Translations under genes and position numbers: made by a program | DNA from: Elusimicrobiota bacterium | GTDB taxonomy: Bacteria; Elusimicrobiota; Elusimicrobia; UBA1565; UBA9628 | Length of the DNA stretch: 64,000 nucleotides | NCBI GenBank assembly: GCA_027319565.1 | Contig: DAHVNA010000004.1 | Span: forward strand, 25,522 to 89,521 | Direction of reading: 5' to 3' | Notes under the pieces: generated by a model | Database searches by the model: none | What the model was told of the DNA's origin: nothing | The model's input: only the letters and a program-made list of their open reading frames with translations | Shown here: one piece after another, positions 52,184-62,260 of the stretch | Position numbering within the stretch: position 1 is the first letter of the stretch | Layout of the letters: each line of letters begins with the position of its first letter

Positions 52184-53211
52184 TGGACACCTGCTTTCTG
52201 ACCGGCGGGACGGGCTTTGTCGGCGCGAATCTGGCGCGGCTTTTAATCGACAAGGGCTTTCATGTCCGAGCGTTGGCCAGGCGCGGTTCAAACCGCAAGA
52301 ATCTCGAAGGTCTTTCGCTTGAGATTGTCGAAGGCGATTTGTCCGATGAGGCGGCTTTAAAAGTGGGTTGCGCGGGTTCGCGATACGTTTTTCATTGCGC
52401 GGCGGATTACCGTTTGTGGGTGAAACATCCCGAAGCCATGTATGAGTCTAATGTGAAGGGGACTGTCCGCGTGATTGAATCGGCGGCCCGTGCGGGATGC
52501 GAAAAAATCGTTCACTGTTCCTCGGTTGCGGCCGTTAAGCCTCGGCGGGACCATCGTCCGGCGGATGAGACTTCGGAATACGCCTCCGAAGCCGAAATCG
52601 TAAGCCACTATAAAAAGTCAAAGTATCTCGCCGAGAAAGAGGCTCTGAAATTGGCTCAAAAGGGGGCTCCAGTTGTTGTCGTCAACCCGGCCGCGCCTAT
52701 TGGAGCCTATGATATTAAGCCCACGCCTACTGGAAAAATTGTCGTTGATTTTCTCAATGGACGCATTCCTTCTTATATAGAGACCGGGCTCAACATTGTC
52801 TTTGCCCGGGATGCGGCCTTGGGGCATTTATTGGCGGCCGAAAAAGGGCGAGTGGGCGAGCGTTATATTTTGGGCGGGGAAAACATCACCTTTAAGGCGA
52901 TGCTGGAGATTTTAGCCGATTTGAGCGGGGTTTCCGCGCCGCGATTTAAAACGCCTTATTCCATCGCTTACGCGTTTGCCGCGCTTGATTCCGCGCGCGC
53001 GCGTCTGACCGGTAAAGAGCCCTTGGCGCCGCTAGACGCCGTTAAAATGGCCAAACATTATATGTGGTTTGATTCGTCGAAAGCCGAAAAAGAATGGGGA
53101 TATCATCCCGTTTCCGCGCGCGAAGCTTTGAAAAACGCCGTCAATTGGTTTGTGGAAAATGGGTACGTCTCAAAAAAGGCCGAGGAGCGGATGAAAGTAT
53201 GCCTGTCATGA
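52183..53211 (+). CDS. hpnA: Hopanoid-associated NAD-dependent epimerase/dehydratase
   Basis: TGGTGFVG, HCAADYRLW, YKKSK, DIKPTPTG; operon context. Confidence 0.9.
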   Translation: MDTCFLTGGTGFVGANLARLLIDKGFHVRALARRGSNRKNLEGLSLEIVEGDLSDEAALKVGCAGSRYVFHCAADYRLWVKHPEAMYESNVKGTVRVIESAARAGCEKIVHCSSVAAVKPRRDHRPADETSEYASEAEIVSHYKKSKYLAEKEALKLAQKGAPVVVVNPAAPIGAYDIKPTPTGKIVVDFLNGRIPSYIETGLNIVFARDAALGHLLAAEKGRVGERYILGGENITFKAMLEILADLSGVSAPRFKTPYSIAYAFAALDSARARLTGKEPLAPLDAVKMAKHYMWFDSSKAEKEWGYHPVSAREALKNAVNWFVENGYVSKKAEERMKVCLS

Positions 53212-53942
53212 GCGATGTCTCTCGCGTTTCCAAAGAAGAGACGTCTCGATTTTTCCCGACCTTAATCTGCGCTGCGACCTCTTGGGAGGCTGTTCCAATC
53301 GCTCAAGCCCTTCATCTTAAGGCCGCTTCTTCCGATTCTTTCTTTGGCAAGTTCGGCGGGCGCTCGATTCTTTTGATTAAAACCGGAATGGGAGGCGCGG
53401 CTTTAAAAAAGCGACTTTCGGAATTGCCCGAAGGAGGCGTTTTTTCGCGAGTGATTTCAACGGGATTTTGCGGGGCTTTAAAACCCGAGTTATCTACGGG
53501 AGATATCATCTGCGATGGTTTGCCCGAGGCTTTGTCCGCAAAAGCCGAAACAATAAAGAATTCTTTAGGCTTGAAGGTTCACTTTTCTACGATTGCTCAT
53601 TCCGAAGAGGCGCTTTATTCTCCAAAACTAAAAAAATCTTTCGCGGAAAAAACCGGGGCCTTGGCGGTGGATATGGAATCATCTCCTTTGAAGTCCTGGG
53701 CCAAGGAAAAAAATCCTGATTGCGAGTTTGTCTCAATCCGCGTGGTTTTAGATTCCTTGGCGGATTCTTTGCCTGCCCAAGCTCCTCAAAGCGAAAAAAT
53801 GCTCTCTTTCATTTGGTATTTTATCTCACAACCTGGGTCTTGGGCGAACTTTGGAAAGCTTTATTTTAAACAGAGGCGGGCGTCGAAAATTTTGATTGCT
53901 TTTTTGCGGGGACTTTTGGACGATTCGGGAGATTTGAAATGA
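53199..53942 (+). CDS. hpnG: Nucleoside phosphorylase-like protein (HpnG)
   Basis: KTGMG, STGFCGAL, AVDMES, IRVVLD; operon context. Confidence 0.8.
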   Translation: MPVMSDVSRVSKEETSRFFPTLICAATSWEAVPIAQALHLKAASSDSFFGKFGGRSILLIKTGMGGAALKKRLSELPEGGVFSRVISTGFCGALKPELSTGDIICDGLPEALSAKAETIKNSLGLKVHFSTIAHSEEALYSPKLKKSFAEKTGALAVDMESSPLKSWAKEKNPDCEFVSIRVVLDSLADSLPAQAPQSEKMLSFIWYFISQPGSWANFGKLYFKQRRASKILIAFLRGLLDDSGDLK

Positions 53943-54877
53943 GAAAGGCGCCGGTCGAAGATAGGACGACTTCTTTAGAGGATTATCTTTCCGTTTACTC
54001 AAAGAAGGTGGACTCCGCCTTAAAGAAGCTTTTTGTCCGGCATAAAGATGAGCCGGTCTCGGTTAATAAAGCGATGGGTTATTCAATCTTTGCCGGAGGC
54101 AAGCGCTTGCGCCCGATTTTGGTTTTGGCGGCGCATGAATGTTGCGGCGGAAAAGCGGAGGATGCCCTTAAAACCGCGTCGGCTCTCGAAATGATTCATA
54201 CCTATTCCTTAATTCACGACGATTTGCCGGCCATGGACGATGATGATTTAAGGCGCGGACGCCCGACCAACCATAAGGTTTTTGGAGAGGCGCTGGCGAT
54301 CTTGGCCGGAGACGGGCTTTTAACCTATGCTTTTGAAGTCGCGGCCGAAAATAGCGCGGATTTAAACCTGGACGGAAAGCGCGCGGCGACCTTGATTCAG
54401 GCCATTGCCCGCGGCGCCGGAGCCGCCGGAATGGTGGGCGGGCAAGCCGCCGATTTGGAAGCGGAAAACTGGAAAAATAAAAATCACGGGTTTAATCCTG
54501 CCCGCCATTTAGAATATATTCATCTTCACAAGACGGCGGCTCTGATTGTGGCCAGTTTGGAAGCGGGGGCGATTTTAGCGCGAGCGACGGAAGCCGAGAT
54601 TAAATCTCTGTCGAGGTATGGCCGCTCCTTGGGTCTTGCCTTTCAGATCACCGATGATGTTTTGGACGCGGTTGGAGACAAGAAGAAGATGGGTAAAATG
54701 GGTTCTGATGCCGCCAACAACAAATTGACCTATGTTTCTCTTTACGGAGTTGACAAGGCCCGGGCGATGGCCCGGCGGGAAGCTTCAAAGGCTAAAGCCG
54801 CCTTGGATGTTTTTTCATCACAAAGAAATCAGTGGCTTAAACGGATTGCAGATTATACTATCGAGAGGGATAAATAA
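53939..54877 (+). CDS. ispA: Farnesyl diphosphate synthase
   Basis: GGKRLRP, LIHDDLPAMDDDDLRRG, KTAAL, FQITDDVLD. Confidence 0.95.
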   Translation: MRKAPVEDRTTSLEDYLSVYSKKVDSALKKLFVRHKDEPVSVNKAMGYSIFAGGKRLRPILVLAAHECCGGKAEDALKTASALEMIHTYSLIHDDLPAMDDDDLRRGRPTNHKVFGEALAILAGDGLLTYAFEVAAENSADLNLDGKRAATLIQAIARGAGAAGMVGGQAADLEAENWKNKNHGFNPARHLEYIHLHKTAALIVASLEAGAILARATEAEIKSLSRYGRSLGLAFQITDDVLDAVGDKKKMGKMGSDAANNKLTYVSLYGVDKARAMARREASKAKAALDVFSSQRNQWLKRIADYTIERDK

Positions 54878-56847
54878 TGTCAGAAGAAAATTCGCGCGCG
54901 TCTTTAGAAAACGGGAAAATGGCTTCGACGGAGCCGGAAAAATCAGAGTGGCCGCTTTTAACCTCAATTAGCGATCCAGTGGAGCTGAGAAAAATTCCCG
55001 TCGAAAAATTGCCCCAGGTTTCCTCGGAATTGCGCCAATACTTAATCCACACCGTGTCTCAAATCGGCGGACATTTCGGCTCAAGCCTAGGCGCGGCCGA
55101 TATCGCGGTGGCCTTGCACTATGTCTTTAACACGCCGAAAGACAAGCTGGTCTGGGATACCGGGCATCAAACCTACGGCCACAAGGTTTTGACCGGACGG
55201 CGGGATTCCTTAAAAAAAATTCGCCACTTCGGCGAAATCTCCGGATTTTTAAAGCGCACGGAATCTCCTTATGATTCTTTCGGCGCGGGACACGCCTCGA
55301 CCGCGATTTCAGCCGCTTTGGGAATGGCCGCGGCGCGCGACATCCAGGGCGAGAAAAACAAGGTCGTCGCCATTGTCTCCGATGGATGCATGACCGGTGG
55401 GGAATCCTACGAGGGCCTTCAAAACGCGGGACAACTGCAGAGCGATCTGATCGTCGTCCTCAACGATAATCAGATGTTTATTTCTCATCGCGTGGGAGCC
55501 CTGGGGGTGTTTCTCACCCGGCTTTTAACCTTGGGCGCGGTTCAAGGCGCGCATAAACAAGTGGAAAAATTTCTGGCGCGCTTTAAGTTCTGGGGCGCAA
55601 GCATTATGCGCATCGCTAAGCGCGCGCGGGTCCTTTTGTTTCCGGGCATGCTTTTTGAAGAGATGGGGTTTTCCTATTTCGGACCCATCGATGGTCATGA
55701 TGTGAAGTCCTTAGTCGAGGTTTTCCGCCATGTTAAGGAGCTTAAAGGCCCGGTTTTGATTCACTGCATCACTCAAAAAGGGAAAGGTTACGCTCCGGCG
55801 GAAGCGGACGCTATTACCTGGCACGGCCCGGGAAAATTCGACCCCAAGACTGGGACCATGATCAAATCAACCGCCAAAACCCCGCCGTCTTATACCGCGG
55901 TGTTTTCCAAAGCCCTTATTAAAGAAGCCGAGGCCGATCCTAAAATCGTCGGAATCACCGCGGCAATGCCGGAAGGGACCGGAATGGACGCTTTCAGAGA
56001 TAAGTTTCCCAAACGTTATTTCGATGTCGGCTTGGCCGAAGAGCATGCGGTGACTTTTGCCGGCGGCTTGGCTGCCTCGGGACAAAAGCCCGTGGTCGCG
56101 ATTTATTCGACTTTTCTCCAGAGAGGTTTTGATCAAATCGAGCATGATATCTGCCTTCAAAATCTGCCGGTGGTTTTCTGTCTTGACCGCGCGGGACTGG
56201 TCGGAGAAGACGGGCCGACCCATCACGGAGTTTTCGACTATAGCTATCTCCGAATCATTCCTGGAATGACGGTCATGGCTCCGGCGGATGAAAACGAGCT
56301 TCAGCATATGCTTAAAACCGCCTTGAATCTCAACGCGCCGGTCAGCATCCGTTATCCTCGCGGCGCCGGGCAAGGAATCGAGATGGATGCGGAAGCCAAG
56401 CTTTTGCCGATTGGAAAAGCCGTGCGTCTGCGGGAAGGGCGAGATCTGACGATATTGGCGATTGGAAATCGTGTGCATCCGTCTCTTGAAGCCGCCAAAA
56501 CGCTGGAAGAGCGCGGAATTTCCGCGGGTGTCGTCAATATGCGCTTTGTAAAGCCCTTAGATACTGAAATGATCCAGGAATGTCTGCGCATAAGCCCCCA
56601 TTTGGTGACGGTCGAAGACAATGTTTTGCAAGGCGGCTTTGGCAGCGCGGTCTTGGAAGCGTTGGGAGACTCTCCGGCTTCGGTTTTAAGAATTGGGATT
56701 CCCGATCGCTTTGTCGAGCATGGGGCCCCGGCTCTTCTTTATGATCACATCGGGCTTTCGGCTCCCAAGATCGCCGAACGAGTGGCCGAGTGGATGAAAG
56801 GCCGTTCCGCCAAGGGACTTGAGTTTGCCGCAGGCAAGGGGGCATAA
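54877..56847 (+). CDS. dxs: 1-deoxy-D-xylulose-5-phosphate synthase
   Basis: GGHFGSSLG, GHASTAIS, AEEHAV, IYSTFLQR, DRAGLVGEDGPTHHG. Confidence 0.98.
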   Translation: MSEENSRASLENGKMASTEPEKSEWPLLTSISDPVELRKIPVEKLPQVSSELRQYLIHTVSQIGGHFGSSLGAADIAVALHYVFNTPKDKLVWDTGHQTYGHKVLTGRRDSLKKIRHFGEISGFLKRTESPYDSFGAGHASTAISAALGMAAARDIQGEKNKVVAIVSDGCMTGGESYEGLQNAGQLQSDLIVVLNDNQMFISHRVGALGVFLTRLLTLGAVQGAHKQVEKFLARFKFWGASIMRIAKRARVLLFPGMLFEEMGFSYFGPIDGHDVKSLVEVFRHVKELKGPVLIHCITQKGKGYAPAEADAITWHGPGKFDPKTGTMIKSTAKTPPSYTAVFSKALIKEAEADPKIVGITAAMPEGTGMDAFRDKFPKRYFDVGLAEEHAVTFAGGLAASGQKPVVAIYSTFLQRGFDQIEHDICLQNLPVVFCLDRAGLVGEDGPTHHGVFDYSYLRIIPGMTVMAPADENELQHMLKTALNLNAPVSIRYPRGAGQGIEMDAEAKLLPIGKAVRLREGRDLTILAIGNRVHPSLEAAKTLEERGISAGVVNMRFVKPLDTEMIQECLRISPHLVTVEDNVLQGGFGSAVLEALGDSPASVLRIGIPDRFVEHGAPALLYDHIGLSAPKIAERVAEWMKGRSAKGLEFAAGKGA

Positions 56848-57836
56848 TGGAACAAGAGCAAGACATTAAGATTGAAAAGCTCATTTTAGCTCGCCTGCGC
56901 GGGTTTTGCGCCGGAGTCGTTCGCGCCATTGACGTCGTTGAAAAGGCCCTTGAAGTTTGCGGGCGCCCGGTCTATGTGAGACATGAAATTATCCATAACC
57001 GCTACGTGGTGGATGGTTTAAGGGCCAAGGGAGCTATTTTCGTTGAAGATCTCTCCGAGGTTCCGCCCGGATCGTGGCTGATTTTTTCCGCTCACGGAGT
57101 GTCCCCGGCGGTGGTTCAGGAGGCCAAGGACCGTAAACTTAAAGCGATTGACGCCACCTGCCCCTTGGTGACCAAGGTCCATTTAGAGGCCAAGGCCTTG
57201 GCTAAAAAAGGCTATTCCATTCTCCTCATTGGACACGCCGACCATGTAGAAACGATTGGCACGATGGGGGAAGCGCCAGAACATATCCGGGTTATTGGAA
57301 GCGCTACGGAAGCCGAAAAGGTTTCTGTTCCCGATCCTAACCGTGTTGCCTATTTAACGCAGACGACCCTTTCCTTGGACGATACCCGCGAGATCGTCGC
57401 GGTTTTAAAGAGGCGCTTTCCGAATCTCCATGCGCCTTCTAAAGACGATATTTGTTACGCGACTCAAAATCGCCAAAACGCGGTTAAGGCGATGGTGCCG
57501 CATATGGATCTTTTGCTGGTTTTAGGCGCGCCGAATAGTTCCAACTCCATTCGCCTGTGCGAAGTGGCCAAGGCCAAGGGCTTGCGCTCTTATTTGATTG
57601 AGCGCGCCGCCGACATTAAAAAAGATTGGCTAAAAAATGTGCGCATCTTGGGTCTGACCGCCGGCGCTTCCGCTCCCGAGGTTTTGGTTCAGGAAGTGGT
57701 CAAATACGTTAGAGAACATTTCGGGGTCAGTCAGGTTGAGGAATTTGAGACGGTCGAAGAAAATATGCATTTTTCTCTTCCCTACGAACTTGAGCAGATC
57801 ATCAAATCTTCTCCATCTGCCGCGGCGCCGAAATAA
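56847..57836 (+). CDS. ispH: HMBPP reductase
   Basis: RGFCAGV, DATCPLVTKVH, ICYATQNRQ, SSNS, TAGASAP. Confidence 0.98.
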   Translation: MEQEQDIKIEKLILARLRGFCAGVVRAIDVVEKALEVCGRPVYVRHEIIHNRYVVDGLRAKGAIFVEDLSEVPPGSWLIFSAHGVSPAVVQEAKDRKLKAIDATCPLVTKVHLEAKALAKKGYSILLIGHADHVETIGTMGEAPEHIRVIGSATEAEKVSVPDPNRVAYLTQTTLSLDDTREIVAVLKRRFPNLHAPSKDDICYATQNRQNAVKAMVPHMDLLLVLGAPNSSNSIRLCEVAKAKGLRSYLIERAADIKKDWLKNVRILGLTAGASAPEVLVQEVVKYVREHFGVSQVEEFETVEENMHFSLPYELEQIIKSSPSAAAPK

Positions 57837-57932
57837 TCAAGAAAAAACGATTTGTTCCAAAAATTCTGAAACAACTGCCGATGGCGGAGCCTTTCTACAT
57901 TGGGAATCCCTACGGTCCAAGCTGTAAGGGCG

Positions 57933-58472
57933 TTATTTAAATATCGTTTTCCGGTAATAAATGAGTTCCGAGATGGATTCTCGGATATCTTCGAGCGCCT
58001 GGTGCTTCTTGTTTTTCTGGTGTTCGTATTTTTTGTCCGGATACCAGCGCGCGACTAGTTCCTTGACCGTGCTGACATCCACCGAACGGTAATGGAAAAA
58101 TTCGTTTAAAATTGGCATATACTTAGCCAAAAACCTTCGGTCTTGTCCGATTGTGTTCCCGCAGAGAGGGACTTTTCTGCGCGGGCAATATTTGGCGATA
58201 AATTCAAGCGTTCGCGCCTGGGCTTCCAAGACCTCGACGGCTGAATTGCGAACGCGCTCGATGAGCCCGGATTTGGTGTGGGTCTCTCGACACCAGGAAT
58301 CCATCAAAGCCAAGGCGTGTTCGCTTTGCCGAATAGCGATGACCGGGCCTTCCGCGATGAGGTTGAGATCGCTATCGGTAATGATGGTTGCGATTTCTAG
58401 AATGGCGTCTTTTTCAGGATCTAAGCCGGTCATTTCCAGATCCAGCCAGGCGAGGTTCGTCTCATTCTGCAT
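57933..58472 (-). CDS. orn: Oligoribonuclease
   Basis: WLDLEMTGLD, GNTIGQDRRFL, HYRSVDVST, HQALEDIRES. Confidence 0.97.
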   Translation of the reverse strand: MQNETNLAWLDLEMTGLDPEKDAILEIATIITDSDLNLIAEGPVIAIRQSEHALALMDSWCRETHTKSGLIERVRNSAVEVLEAQARTLEFIAKYCPRRKVPLCGNTIGQDRRFLAKYMPILNEFFHYRSVDVSTVKELVARWYPDKKYEHQKNKKHQALEDIRESISELIYYRKTIFK

Positions 58473-58506
58473 ACGTTAAGAGTTATCATATCTAAAGTTT
58501 TAGGAC

Positions 58507-58535
58507 TTGACAATGAAATCTTTCTCTGCTAGACT
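58507..58535 (+). promoter_or_regulatory. Sigma70 promoter of the lipoprotein operon
   Basis: TTGACA - 17 nt - TAGACT with extended TG. Confidence 0.7.
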
Positions 58536-58581
58536 TGCGGGTGTGAGGTTATTAGGTCTGTCGGTTAAAAAGGAGAACATT

Positions 58582-59184
58582 ATGAAAAGCTTCGAAAGTT
58601 TTAACTCTGTTGTCTCTGCCGTCATCTTGGGAGCGGTTGTGGGTATTGCCGGGTGCGCGCATTATGCGCCCTTGGTTTCTTCCAGCGCTCCGGCGTGGGT
58701 CAATAAAGGCAGCGGGGCTTTTAAGGATTCTCAAGGGAATGGCGTTTTCTACGGAGTGAGTGGATTTAAAGGAAGCCAAAACCCCATTTTAGCTCGCCAG
58801 GCCGCGGGTGACCGCGCTTGCGCTCAGATCGCGCAGACCATGAACCGCTACGTCGCGGTTTTAGACAAAGACTATATGTCGGCGACGACCGCGGGAAATC
58901 AGAGTAAGACCGCCGATGAGCAGTTTGTCAGCCAGACCCAGAAGACCTTCACCCAGTTTACTTTGACCGGAGCGCATGTGGTTGATTACTGGAAGAGTTC
59001 CGGCGGGACAATCTATGCTCTTTGCAAGATGGACTTAAACGGCTTCTTGAAAAATCTCGATCAGGCCAATCAGCTCAGCAGCCAGGTTCGCGATTTTGTT
59101 CGGAAAGACGCTCAGAAGGCCTTTAGTGATCTGAGCAAAAACGAAAAAGAGCACTCTAACGGCACCATTTCCGGCGGGCTTTAA
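58582..59184 (+). CDS. LPP20-family lipoprotein
   Basis: AAGGAG RBS, lipobox IAGC, APAWV, ARQAAGDRACAQIA. Confidence 0.8.
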   Translation: MKSFESFNSVVSAVILGAVVGIAGCAHYAPLVSSSAPAWVNKGSGAFKDSQGNGVFYGVSGFKGSQNPILARQAAGDRACAQIAQTMNRYVAVLDKDYMSATTAGNQSKTADEQFVSQTQKTFTQFTLTGAHVVDYWKSSGGTIYALCKMDLNGFLKNLDQANQLSSQVRDFVRKDAQKAFSDLSKNEKEHSNGTISGGL

Positions 59185-59211
59185 GCCGAAGAAATAGGTA
59201 AGGTTTAGGAT

Positions 59212-59808
59212 ATGCGTATGCCAAAGAGCGCGTTTTGGGTGGTAGCCTTTCTTTCTCTCTCCGCGTGTGGTCCTAGCGTTCAGCGCTTGAACACCAACGC
59301 CGTAGTTGATCTCAATGGGCGTTGGGATTCTACCGATGCGCGTTTGACCGCGGAGAAGATGATTTCCGACTGTTTGTCCCGACCCTGGCTTTCTAATTTT
59401 CAGCAAAAATATGATCGCCAGCCGGTTGTCATCGTCGGAGATATTTACAATAAGAGCTTCGAGCATATCAACACCGATATCTTTATCCAGGATATCGAAA
59501 GCGAACTCATCAATTCCGGCAAAGTTAAATTTGTCGCCGATGACAAGCAACGCGCGCAGTTGCGCCAGGAGCGCTTAGATCAAGACGTAAACGCTTCCGC
59601 AGCCACGCGCAAGGCCATGGGAAAAGAATTAGGGGCGGATTATATGCTTGAAGGCACCTTGGACGCGATCAAGACCCAAGAGGGCGGGCGCGAAGTGATG
59701 TATTATCAGGTCAATCTTCAGCTCATCAATATCGAGACAAACGATATCGCCTGGATTGGGCAAAAGAAGATCAAGAAATATATTTCTAGGCCTGGCTGGA
59801 CGCTCTAG
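59212..59808 (+). CDS. lpoB: LpoB-like (CsgG/FlgO-fold) lipoprotein
   Basis: Lipobox LSAC, IYNKSFEHI, LINSGKV, GADYML.G, YYQVNLQL..W. Confidence 0.75.
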   Translation: MRMPKSAFWVVAFLSLSACGPSVQRLNTNAVVDLNGRWDSTDARLTAEKMISDCLSRPWLSNFQQKYDRQPVVIVGDIYNKSFEHINTDIFIQDIESELINSGKVKFVADDKQRAQLRQERLDQDVNASAATRKAMGKELGADYMLEGTLDAIKTQEGGREVMYYQVNLQLINIETNDIAWIGQKKIKKYISRPGWTL

Positions 59809-59838
59809 GATTGGAGAATCATCTCTCCACTCGCTTTA

Positions 59839-61203
59839 ATGAGAGCCTTTCCTAATCGTAGATGGAGAGACGGGTCTCGGTCCTGGATTTCAGCCTCGGT
59901 GTTAGGCGTTATTGTCCTTTTTTCCGCCTGCTCAACCGAGCCTACCACCGCTTACCGAGATCAGCTCAATCACCTCATTGCGCTACGAGAATATCCAGCC
60001 GCTCTTAAAGATGTTCAAGACCATAAAGACAGCGAATATGGGTCTAAGAGCATAGTCCTTTATCGTTTAGACGAAGGAACCATTCTTAACAACGGCAATC
60101 AATACAAGGAAAGCGACCAAAAATTCGCCGATGCCGAACACATCATGCAGGATCTCTACACCAAGAGCATCCTTCAGGCGGGGGGGATGCTCCTTCTCAA
60201 CGACACGACAATGGATTACGCCGGCGAGCCTTTTGAACGTGTGCTTCTCCACGTTTTCCGCGCGATGAACTGGATTTTTATGGGCCATCCCCATGGCGCG
60301 GCGGTCGAAGCCAACAAAGCGGAATTTTTTCTCCAGCAGCTCCACGATCATTACGGCGACAAATTGGGTTATAAAGACGACGCCTTTGTCCGTTACCTTG
60401 ACGCAATGCTTTACGCCGATATCGGAGATCTTAACGACGCCCGGATATCCCTTGAGGCGGCCAAGAGAGCTTATCTGTGGTATGCCTCCTATTATAATAC
60501 TCCGCAGCCGGAGTTTCATTTTCCAAAAAATGCGCGCAAGGAAGGAGACGGAGAACTTGTCTTCATTCATTATAACGGGGTTGCCCCGATTAAGATTTCA
60601 AAGACGATTCAAGTCGCTTGGAACCAAGCTGTTTTAGCGGTTCAAGAAAGTAATGATACCAGTCAAGACGCTCAGCGCGCCAAAAATGCTCTAGTGGCGG
60701 GCTTTGTCGGAAACGCGATTACGGTGGCCTATCCGCAGTACGTCCAGCCTCAATACCACATCGTTTCTTCCGAGGTGTTTGTGGATTCAAAGCCTGCGGG
60801 CGAGACGGTTTTAATGGAAGATGTTAGCGCTATCGCCTTTAAGAATTTGAAAAATCGCATGGATATGATTATGGCGCGGGCAATCGCCCGAGCGGCCATT
60901 AAATATATTTTGGCCCATGCGGCCAGCCAAGCCGTTTCCAAACAATTTGGGCAAGGTTGGGGGCTTTTAACGCAGGTAGGCTCAAACATTATCGCCGCGG
61001 CAACCGAAGTCGCCGATACGAGGAGTTGGACGACGCTTCCCTCTCAAATTCGCATGGCGCGGATAAAAGTCCCTCCGGGCGTTCATACCGTGCGGGTTGA
61101 TTTCAAAGATCAAACCGGGGATGTCATTGAGTCACATGTTTTTACGGACGTGAGAATTAAAAAATTTACGCGGAGTTATCTCGCTTTCCGGACGGCTCTG
61201 TGA
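59839..61203 (+). CDS. COG3014-family TPR lipoprotein
   Basis: Lipobox FSAC, YAGEPFE, ADTRSWTTLP. Confidence 0.8.
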   Translation: MRAFPNRRWRDGSRSWISASVLGVIVLFSACSTEPTTAYRDQLNHLIALREYPAALKDVQDHKDSEYGSKSIVLYRLDEGTILNNGNQYKESDQKFADAEHIMQDLYTKSILQAGGMLLLNDTTMDYAGEPFERVLLHVFRAMNWIFMGHPHGAAVEANKAEFFLQQLHDHYGDKLGYKDDAFVRYLDAMLYADIGDLNDARISLEAAKRAYLWYASYYNTPQPEFHFPKNARKEGDGELVFIHYNGVAPIKISKTIQVAWNQAVLAVQESNDTSQDAQRAKNALVAGFVGNAITVAYPQYVQPQYHIVSSEVFVDSKPAGETVLMEDVSAIAFKNLKNRMDMIMARAIARAAIKYILAHAASQAVSKQFGQGWGLLTQVGSNIIAAATEVADTRSWTTLPSQIRMARIKVPPGVHTVRVDFKDQTGDVIESHVFTDVRIKKFTRSYLAFRTAL

Positions 61204-61213
61204 GGAGGAAACG

Positions 61214-62260
61214 ATGATGCGCAAAATAATTCCCATTATTTTCTTGGGTTTTTCACTTAGCGCCTGCGCCTCTTTTCAAACGAAAAATTCTTTTTCCGTC
61301 AAAAGGCCGACCTGGATTAATGGGAGTGATGATCAATATCCCAACAGCTTTTATTTGACCGGAGTTGGATCAGGCGGAAGCCATGCCTCGTCCGGAAATT
61401 CCGCCAGGGCTGAGATCGCTAAAATTATCAGCAGCCGCGTGACGGTGCATGATAACGTCTCTGAAGCCGAAGGAACCCAGATGGCCAGCGGGAAAACAAA
61501 AAATACTTTCTCTCAATCGGTTTCTCAGGCGGTCGAGGTGGCTTCTCAAGAGGTTTTAAGAGGCGTTCGCGTCGTTAAGTATTGGGAAAATCCCTTGACT
61601 AAAAACTACTATGCCCTGGCCGTCATGGATCGGCAAAAAGCCTCTATTTCCCTTAATGACAAGATTTCAAGAATCGATCACGAACTCAAGGATTGGGACG
61701 ATACCCTTAATACTTCAAAAGAGAAATTTGGACGAGCGCGCGCGGCCATGAAGGTCTTGGCCCTTTTGAAAGCGCGAGAGCATTTGGCCCAAGAGCTCGA
61801 AGTGATTTCCGCGACAGGTCAGGCCCCAGCTTGCCCCATTGATGAGTCGAAAGCCAAGGTCCGGGTTGAAAAGGCTTTATCGGCCCTTGTCATTTCCGTT
61901 CATATCTCCGGCAAGGACGGGGGGATCGTTGAGACCGGCGTCGTTGAAGGCCTCAATGGCTTGGGGATGTCGGCCGTTGTCGATTATTCGACGAAAACCC
62001 CCGATATTCTCATTGAAGGAAAGCTGTCGTCGGAAAAACTGACCCAGTTGCCGCCCCCGTGGAAATGGGGAAAATCCCAGGCGATTATTTCGCTAGAAAA
62101 TGCGCTTTCAAAGGCTATCTTCGCCCAGTTTAACGCCGAAGATCGCCAAGCTTCTTCCATTAGCCATTCCGACGCGGTCAATCGCTCAGAGATTTCTCTG
62201 GCCAGAAAGGTGTCCAAAAAAATTCACGACGCCATTGCGGCTTATTTCGAGAATATTTAA
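61214..62260 (+). CDS. LPP20-family lipoprotein
   Basis: Lipobox LSAC, RPTWI, YLTGVG, ARAEIAKII, YYALAVMDR. Confidence 0.78.
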   Translation: MMRKIIPIIFLGFSLSACASFQTKNSFSVKRPTWINGSDDQYPNSFYLTGVGSGGSHASSGNSARAEIAKIISSRVTVHDNVSEAEGTQMASGKTKNTFSQSVSQAVEVASQEVLRGVRVVKYWENPLTKNYYALAVMDRQKASISLNDKISRIDHELKDWDDTLNTSKEKFGRARAAMKVLALLKAREHLAQELEVISATGQAPACPIDESKAKVRVEKALSALVISVHISGKDGGIVETGVVEGLNGLGMSAVVDYSTKTPDILIEGKLSSEKLTQLPPPWKWGKSQAIISLENALSKAIFAQFNAEDRQASSISHSDAVNRSEISLARKVSKKIHDAIAAYFENI

